Assembly: GCA_030141605.1 (NCBI GenBank)
Contig: JAQGDQ010000975.1
Location: 1-64,000, forward strand
Direction: 5' to 3'
Length of the DNA stretch: 64,000 nucleotides
From: Tubiluchus corallicola
Taxonomy: Eukaryota; Animalia; Priapulida
Positions 57,308-64,000 of the stretch are shown in pieces; position 1 is the first letter of the stretch; each line of letters begins with the position of its first letter. The translations under genes and the position numbers were made by a program. The notes beneath the pieces are model-generated. The model saw only the letters and a list, made by a program, of their open reading frames with translations, was not told the DNA's origin and ran no database searches.

Positions 57308-57359
57308 TCTGAGTGAAGACACTGTGAGCTAGATAACCGAAAAAAATGTAGATAGCAAT

Positions 57360-57540
57360 TTCGACTTATAAATGCGTTGAGTCTTAACTATAGTAACTCA
57401 ACTAGCTACGGGAGAAGACGACGGTGCGCGTAAACTGTTATCAACGCTTGCTGGCCACGCCCAACGTCGCACGCTGATTGGCTAGCGCCCGCGGCAAATG
57501 AGAATATTCTTATAATTTATGCGACGTGGCTGCGGACGTT
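57360..57540 (-). promoter_or_regulatory. Putative Dlx proximal promoter
   Basis: CpG-rich; CCAATCAG (minus strand, about 57474-57481), GC/KLF box CCACGCCC (about 57455), TATA-like TTTATAAG (about 57365-57372). Confidence 0.55.
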
Positions 57541-60500
57541 TTAGAAGTACATGGACTACATGCTGCACACATAAAGTTTGAGTAAAATGCATTACCAGGG
57601 CGCTGTTGATGAACGTTATGAAACAGTTAGCTAGAAGTACAGTAAAATGAATAGACCGTAAGCCTCAATTAGAGAATTCTGAGGAGAAATACACTTTACA
57701 TAAAAGTATAAACATATTCTTGTATTTATTTTCAGTAAGTATTAGCTGCAGCAGTAATAGCAAAGAGGAGTAATTCATAAACAAAATCAAGAATGTTTGC
57801 AATTTAGATAAAAGCAATTTAGCTAAGACTAAATGACGAGTCGACTGCCGAGAAAATTATAAAGTGATTGAATCAAATTCGAACGTCGAACGTATAAACT
57901 GTATCGTGAACTGCCTAAAATATTTTCGGTGTAATTTCATTTGGTTAATTTGAAAAAAGCATCATAATTATATAATTTAACTCCCCTGATGACCCTTTTC
58001 CTTTGGTGGTAATTTTGTATGTGTGTGCCGTTTGTTGATTGTAAGATTTGCAGTGGTTTGTCTTTTTTGTTGTTTGTGTGTTGTGTTGTCATTTGAGTTT
58101 AATTAGAATTAGATAAGGAATACCAAAATTTTTCTGGCTATCTAATTCTGATAACATAATTAAAATGTTCCCCTTTTCTGCGCTAAAAAGATCTACAGAC
58201 TTACATTAAATAATGGATTAGAACTAATGTGGGAAAACAGGTCTCTCATTTTTCATTCATACATTATTTTTTGCATACGCTTCTATTCTCTCATGAAACT
58301 AAAGCTACCTGTTCCTATTGTGGGGCGGTGCCTAATCAATAAATCTTCTTCAGGTGACTGCAGCCGCATAAAATGTCATCAGCAAGTCAGCAAAGTTACG
58401 AAACTTCCGCGGATGAATGACAATGGGATTCTGGCTAAGAACGGACGGCGTATGGCGCCAGTCACCCGAACACATGCGTCCGGGGACTCGTCGGGCATTA
58501 ACTTCACCTGGGAGACGCATTCACGCTTGCCCCACCCGTGACAAACTCTGCTGACCAAATGCGCAACGTGAGCACATCCAAAGCACCTGACCATTGTCTG
58601 TGTGAAGAGTTGACTGTTGATGTCCATCACCCGGTTGCCCGCCTCTTCGTATTTGGACAAAGCTGCATTAGTTAGAGATAAGTGATTAGCTGATGAGCAC
58701 GTTGCGTATTGCCACAAAAGCTAATCTGCCTGCTTGATTCTGATGCGACGCGGTCATGCGGAAGCGACCTCGACGACAAACTTTCCGCAGTACGGTAATG
58801 CGAGACACAACAAGAGATCTGTTCCAAACAAGTATCCAGTTTTCAAAGTCATTCTTTTTATAACTTCTTTGCACTTTTATTTGACACCTATTTGGCTCTG
58901 AATTATCTGTTTGTTACTACTGCATATGCCCTTTTATGGCCTCATATAGGTGCATCGAGTTAATAGTACAACAGCATTATCCCTTCGTTACATCAGCGAA
59001 GCCAAATGATACAAAGTATAATTTGAGCAGAATTTTTAAATTTGAGTAATTATTTGACTTTTCGCGTGTCCAACTTTCCACATCTGGCTAAGATAATGTT
59101 GTCAACATAATTGATTTAACAGAAAAACAGTTAAGGAATATTGAAAATCACTGTCTGTCAACCACAGGCTAAAAATTAAAGCCACGTACTTTACTGAGAT
59201 CTTATTGTCCAATTTGATCCTCTTTGTTCGACGAATCACAATAGGATTTCGGGTAGCTAGAAATTTCGAATCAAATCGAAGACTGTAAATGCAGCATTGA
59301 AACAAAGGTTTGACGCAGAAAGGGGCGACATGAAAAATTTGTCATACCGACATGGTGTAGAAAACTAGTGAAACTTCAATATTTCCTTTTTTGCCTTAAT
59401 AGAAAGAAAATAAAATCTATTGTTATTCTTATAATGTATTGATAACACTTATTCAGTTTGTTTAAATTCCTGAGGATAGATTTGTTTTAATTGTTTAATT
59501 GGTTGATTGTTCAGTTTATGTTGATCATTTCGCAGAGTATTGCTAAAAGTGTATGTGTTTTCTAACATCAAATCGACATAATATTATATGAAAGCCAGCA
59601 AAATCAGTTACTATATTCCTCAGTATACAACCAAAGCTTTAGAAATAACAACTTTAAATTCTAAATCCTCGAAAATAGCCTCGAATAATTTTAATCCGAT
59701 GCTACACTAAACCTTTACAGTAAATTTTAGTTTTCCACAACTACAATGTAAAAACTTCACCAGTGCTCACCTCACATTAACTACTGAAACTATTCCGAAA
59801 TGCAATGCAGACAAGACGGACGGAAAAATAAATGCTTTCAGTGAGCTGAAGTTCAACTATTATTTGTAAAATTTGAAGTTGTAACTTTAAATAATATTGT
59901 CAGCTGCTTATATTATAGAGCAAAGCAGTTGCTCAGGAATGGAACGGGTTCATTAGACCTGTTCCTGGTTAAAACATACAATTTTCTTTAGATTGATTGG
60001 GTGATTTATGGGCCTCAATTATTTGATTTCCGTTTTGGGAACATGCGCGTTACCGTATGGTACATCGGGCAAGCTGTCAAACAAATCCTTGTCGCTTTAA
60101 AGCCGGTTGAGTCACCTGCCCAATGCCTAAAGCCCTACAGCATACCTGTGCGCTAGAAATCGTTTGATATTGCCGCAGTGAGGGCGCTAAATTTAACTCT
60201 TCATTAAACTCGCTTTAAAAGTTTCCGACAAGTGTGTACATATCAACCCAAATAACTCCTTGAAATTCTATGATAATTTATTGTGTGTTAAAATAAAAAA
60301 ATCCATGTTATTCTATTACAACATTGTGCTATAAAAGTCAAGCAAGTGTCGTTTTGCATGTCTAATTTTAGCAGGAAATGAGCGATAGGTGATTATAATG
60401 CATACCCATACATCTTCTACCACTAGCCTAAGGCTATGGTCTCGCATATAGAACATCTGCACATATAGAACATTACTACAAGGATCGTTGTACATTTAAT

Positions 60501-63500
60501 AGTTTAAACATGGTTGTAAATACATAATAAAACACACACAGTTGCATGTTAAGTTATTTTTCGTGTATCATTGAATTGCAATAAAATGGTTGATAAATGT
60601 TCTTGTTTATGGTTCGTTTGATTACGCTTTAGGTGTTCAACTCTTCAGTAACGTTCGTTTGAAATATCCTTCTCAAGAGACAGTGGTCCATTTTTAATTA
60701 CACTAATGAATATGTAGCTGATTACGTAGGTTTATAATTAATAGTTTTTTATTTGTACCTCTTTTGTCGTTAACAATTCGTACTTACTATAAGCTGCAGA
60801 CGAGGGCATCTCAAGCTTGGAGACCTATACCATACACTGCTGAATCATTCATATAAGTTAAAATATAAATTCAACTTTAAAAAAGGGCAGGAAGTCTAAT
60901 AATCCAATTTTAAAGCGGCTCCTCATTTGGGATAAAGGGCCCTCTTTGAAGCCCTTTATTGGAAATATGGGCGCCCAACTATGCAAATATTATTGTGAAA
61001 TTTATCAAGAAGTAAAAAATGCTCGAGACGAGTGCGAGCAAATTAAAGGGTGGCTCTGTAAAAGTGAGCCCCAGAATTTCATTTGCCTAGGGACCCCAAA
61101 AGGTCATAATCCAGCTCTGGATGCCACAGATAATGTATGTATAGTGACAGCACTGGTGTGACGTGATCCATATATGTAATGTCACAGTACACTGCACTGA
61201 CGAATGTGGGGTGATGTGACACATCGAGAAAAAATGGTGTGCACGTATGATCACATTAACGTGATGTAGTAAGAGACTACGATACCACGAGGTGCCACAC
61301 GATCGAGTGAAATGGGGACCTGCTGTGTTGATTTGGGTTGTTGTGCTCTGGCACGATTTGGGGCTTATGTGCTGCTTACACCTCTGGTACTCCACAGAGG
61401 AATTCTATGAGTTACTAAGCTGGAAGTGTCGCATACCAGCTAAAAAGCAGAAAAGCAGCAAAATTCAGAATAGAAGCTATGAAACTACGAAATTTACGCC
61501 TCAAATGTCATGTTTATAAACAGTTTTCACAAAGCTTTAATGGTAATCTAAAGAAACAGACGATACTGATTGTTTGGCTTCACCAATGACAGTTACCAAA
61601 GTCCGAATTAAGGTTGCTTCATACTGTGCGTGATACTGGTGCAACAGCTGCAGAGTGTGAACAAATTAGCGCAAAAAAATGGAATGACAGTAATTGCATG
61701 CTATGTTTAGAACCCTGCAAATTTTTCCAAGAATAATTTAAATTTTGTGTTACTTTAAAGTGACTTAAAAATTATCTTAATCCATGCAGATATAACTGGA
61801 TTATAGAATAACGTGCACTTTTAACTGATAGTCGGCCGTAGAACAGGTTTAGAATTACATTTTGAATTTAAGCGATTTTTCATAATTTCATTATTTACTA
61901 AGTGAGTATATTTACAAGAGCACAATGTTATAGCACATTTAATATCAAATGCAAAATACATATGCAAAGTAGTACAACAGCTTATAAAGCATAAAACAAC
62001 ATCAAAAGCATAAATCTAACTATACATGCAATGCAACACTTTACCTATAAAACACACAACGAACTTAACAATTTCAAATGTAAATATTTATAGATTCTTT
62101 CTAGTTAGGAAATATAAAATTACAAGCAATGAACAATATTTCTTGAACCTCGCTTCTTGCCATAAACAATCACAATTAATCATAGTTGAAAGTTAATTCT
62201 TGAAAGTCGAAGCTATGTTCACGTACGCCCTACCACTGCAAGAACTATACAAAAAATAGCGATTATTGCACGCGAACAAGGCCTACGCTTATCGTAACCC
62301 ACATCAAAAGCGCAGCTTAGAGACCCGTAATCGACGAAAAAAACCGAAACTACGACTATCACAACAATAATTAATATGCAAATACGCGATGGACGTAATT
62401 TTTGAAGTTCCAGGCAAGGATAACGATAACAACAGCCAGAATAAAAGATTCACGCTAACAATTACGATCTATTTTTTACCATTTTCTTTACTCATGCATG
62501 AATAAGTTCTTTTATAGATAGTGCAGCGCATCTCGTACAAAAAGCCTGTAATTATTTTCCCCCAAACCACTTCGAGCGTTGAGTGCTGTCTAATTGACTA
62601 TTCATTATAATTTTGACAAATTATCGTTATTAAATAAGCACGTGCCGCTTGCATCATTATATAAAGAACGATAGAAGCGTGTGCTTACAATATATTGTTC
62701 GAGTAACCGCATTGCCGCATATATGAGATTAAGGCAACTATAATAATAATCTGTATCAAACAAACAAAAGATGGTATAGGTAATGTAGTAAATGCGGCGG
62801 GAGTTGTCAGGGCTGCACGTGTACGTTGTTGACTGGGATGTTTTATGACTTTGAGGTACCTTATCCGGTCCGTAAAGGTGTTAAGATACAGGTGCAGGTT
62901 TGTTAACGCATTTATTTACATGGAAAAAATACGAATAAAATTGCTCAAGCGCGTTTTATTACATTGGTAAAGCCTAAGCTTTACAGAATTTGCTCTAAAA
63001 GATTGTTTCACTGTATGTTTGAAAAAGGACTTCTTGTTTAAAAAAAACTTGGTCTGACATAGTTGGAATTAAATGACAAAGTAGAAATTGCTTGTGATCC
63101 AACTAGTATTGATCAACATTGATTTGTTTTAATCATTGATTTATTATGTAGATAACTACTTCATAAGATTACAGATTATCAATTTTTGATTTTGTAATGG
63201 AATTAAATGGAATTTAACTCGATGATAACATTTTTTAGTTATTGAGCTGCAACAAAAGAGAATTAATTAATCTAATGGTTTAGTCAAACTACTAATTAAT
63301 AGGAGGAAAGCTCTGAAAAAGTGTGAGCTCCGATTCGAACCCATGGCCCAAAATCAATTCTAGGATTTCAACCAGAATCGAATTATTGATTTTATTCGCT
63401 CATTCCAACCTTTTTGCATCAATACTTCGTTAATTTTTTGTCGTTCACGTTCTCTTGTTCTGACTATTCCTTGTTAATGAAATCACCGTACTGCTTTTTA

Positions 63501-64000
63501 TGCTGACTGTTATATTTCTTTATATTTGAATTTGAAATACAAATCTAATCATTTTTTCAACGCGTTGCGGAATGGAAACATCTATTCATCAGTTGAAAGT
63601 CTATAATAACGGAACATAAAATACTAAATTAGGAAGTCTGAAAATTTTTGCACGCCCACTGAACTCGAACCCAAGAACCTCTGCTTTCCGCGAAACTAGA
63701 AGTAGTGCACAGAAGTAGGCCTTCTCTCACCTTTCAGATTGAAAAATTTGCATTGTAAGCCTCTAGAGGTCTATCAAACTAAGTTTAAGATAATTGAAGC
63801 AGATTGCAAAATAGGTGAAAAACATCTAACGAAACCTAGCAAACACATAGCATTAGAAAACAAATTTCTAACCGTATAACATTTATTTTAAAATTAATTA
63901 TAATACGTATTCCGAAACGTATTGAAACATCTAACCTGTGGAAAATGACAACATTTTTGATGAAACGCAATTTAGAATCGTAATAATGCAGAAGTAAATG

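Noticed and set aside
58690-58720. CTGATGAG hammerhead-like box
   Set aside because: No stem II followed by GAAA.

Overview
AT-rich, intron-rich animal genomic DNA, probably an invertebrate/lophotrochozoan-type bilaterian; the species cannot be determined from sequence alone. Three protein-coding genes can be reconstructed with canonical GT-AG junctions. (1) A complete 14-exon SRP receptor alpha gene (SRPRA, + strand, 9057-21724, 638 aa by my exon sum). (2) A 3-exon Nedx/lms-type NK-like homeobox gene (+, 30308-34179). (3) A 3-exon Distal-less (Dlx) gene (-, about 57307 to 36940), convergent with Nedx. The most striking structure is a near-perfect inverted duplication of at least 2.25 kb (1-2247 vs about 7359-9606). 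It copies the SRPRA promoter and an intact coding exon 1 onto the minus strand, pointing out of the window, and has a hairpin at its inner breakpoint. Dlx has no AUG upstream of its conserved KSAFME motif but has an in-frame CUG in strong Kozak context, and it carries an in-frame duplicated exon end with a second donor inside the homeobox. The rest is an internally deleted PIF/Harbinger element, a solo LTR, LINE relics, several MITEs/palindromes (one with a hammerhead-ribozyme core) and mini/microsatellites. Most ORFs in the supplied track are spurious or partial exons. All coordinates were read by eye.
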